Source: Deinococcales bacterium (GTDB lineage Bacteria > Deinococcota > Deinococci > Deinococcales > JAAFIG01). Taken from it: a DNA stretch of 14,277 nucleotides. The first letter of the stretch is position 1, and every line of letters begins with the position of its first letter. Under the pieces are notes generated by a model, which made no database searches, had not been told where the DNA came from, and worked only from the letters and a program-made list of their open reading frames with translations. The translations under genes and the position numbers were made by a program. Shown piece by piece: positions 13,780-14,277 of this stretch. Where the stretch lies: NCBI GenBank assembly GCA_043778225.1, contig JAYWGM010000090.1, positions 1-14,277 on the forward strand, read 5' to 3'.

Positions 13780-13810
13780 ATTGTAAGCACAAAAAGGGTC
13801 TTTTCGTCAA
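13780..13810 (-). promoter_or_regulatory. Promoter of the aminotransferase leader
   Basis: The minus strand reads TTGACG (13810-13805)-N19-TACAAT (13785-13780). The spacer is long. Confidence 0.55.
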
Positions 13811-13972
13811 GGGCGGAGGCTTGAGGTGTCGTAAAAAAAGTCTAACCTTGGGGCGTGTAGGAACTGACCAAGAACAATCGGGATGTATAAGTAAGCTACA
13901 AATATGAATTTTTTACCTGACTGGAATACAATTACGCAACAATCCAAACTCCACGAAAAGAAAGGAGGTTAT

Positions 13973-14277
13973 ATGCTGATACCCGCACTTCTCGCCGCCG
14001 TCCTGACCGCTTGCCCCCAAGCTCCAATTCAAGAACAACAAACCGAAGCTCGAGGTTTAACAACCCAAAAAGATATTATGCTACACGGAATTATCGCTGG
14101 GAGTTCATTTCAAAGTAACCAAGGTTTTACCTTACAAAATGGCTCGAGTATCCATGCCAACACTGGCTTAATCCTGAATTCGAGGAACATAGTTTTGAAT
14201 GGTGGTCAAGTCTCGAGTACCAGTGCTGCCAGTTGCTCGGATAATTCTGGACAAGGTTTTTGCTTAAACGGTAAACC
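13973..14277 (+). CDS. Lipoprotein, N-terminal part (runs off the window; not in the ORF track)
   Basis: SD AAAGGAGG precedes MLIPALLAAVLTA-C (lipobox), then PQAPIQEQQTEARGLTTQKDIMLHGIIAG..., open to the window end. An alternative in-frame ATG lies at 13904. Confidence 0.85.
   Translation, partial: MLIPALLAAVLTACPQAPIQEQQTEARGLTTQKDIMLHGIIAGSSFQSNQGFTLQNGSSIHANTGLILNSRNIVLNGGQVSSTSAASCSDNSGQGFCLNGK

Larger units (their letters stand above)
133..14217. repeat. Highly iterated palindrome CTCGAG dispersed through the window
   Basis: Manual count gives about 75 copies (1 per ~190 bp) against about 3 expected from base composition. Copies occur in all three reading frames and in intergenic DNA. 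Confidence 0.9.

Noticed and set aside
13681..13790. Glycine riboswitch or T-box upstream of the aminotransferase
   Set aside because: The glycine aptamer motifs (GGAGA...CCGAAG, CUCUCAGG) and the T-box sequence (GGUGGNACCGCG) are not present.
13955..13990. KKGG-YMLIP as a type IV prepilin cleavage site
   Set aside because: It lacks Glu at +5, and the hydrophobic stretch ends in a clear lipobox (LTAC).
1..14277. Complete DGR, retron, toxin-antitoxin or restriction-modification system in the window
   Set aside because: No reverse transcriptase, nuclease, methyltransferase or toxin motifs were recognised in any ORF. Any such machinery behind the patterns reported above would have to lie elsewhere.

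Overview
Bacterial genomic DNA, about 48% GC by eye, most likely from Deinococcota (Deinococcales-like), judging by a Deinococcus-type Cys-poor L31, leaderless TAnnnT-N5-8-ATG starts and Deinococcus-like lipoprotein domains. The left half (1-7.5 kb) is an accessory cell-surface cluster. It holds an FG-GAP double beta-propeller gene interrupted by an ISAs1-family element (left IS end and transposase start at 1-96), two paralogous lipoproteins ending in 7-bladed RCC1-like propellers, and a secreted collagen-like protein with 116 uninterrupted GXY triplets. The second lipoprotein carries an in-frame 120-bp palindromic insert in its signal region. The right half is housekeeping and metabolic: Rrf2 regulator + azoR, DUF72, melA-lacI (with a perfect operator), rpmE, a class-V aminotransferase and the start of another lipoprotein. 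The most notable signals are these. (1) The palindrome CTCGAG occurs about 75 times by manual count against about 3 expected, which is HIP1-like. (2) The FG-GAP loop codons vary almost only at positions consistent with A-to-N change, which is DGR-like, although no RT is in the window. (3) A leader peptide (MLLTARA) and terminator form a candidate attenuator upstream of the aminotransferase. (4) The rpmE leader is structured. (5) The in-frame palindromic element supplies its own alternative start codon. All calls come from reading the sequence; no searches were run.
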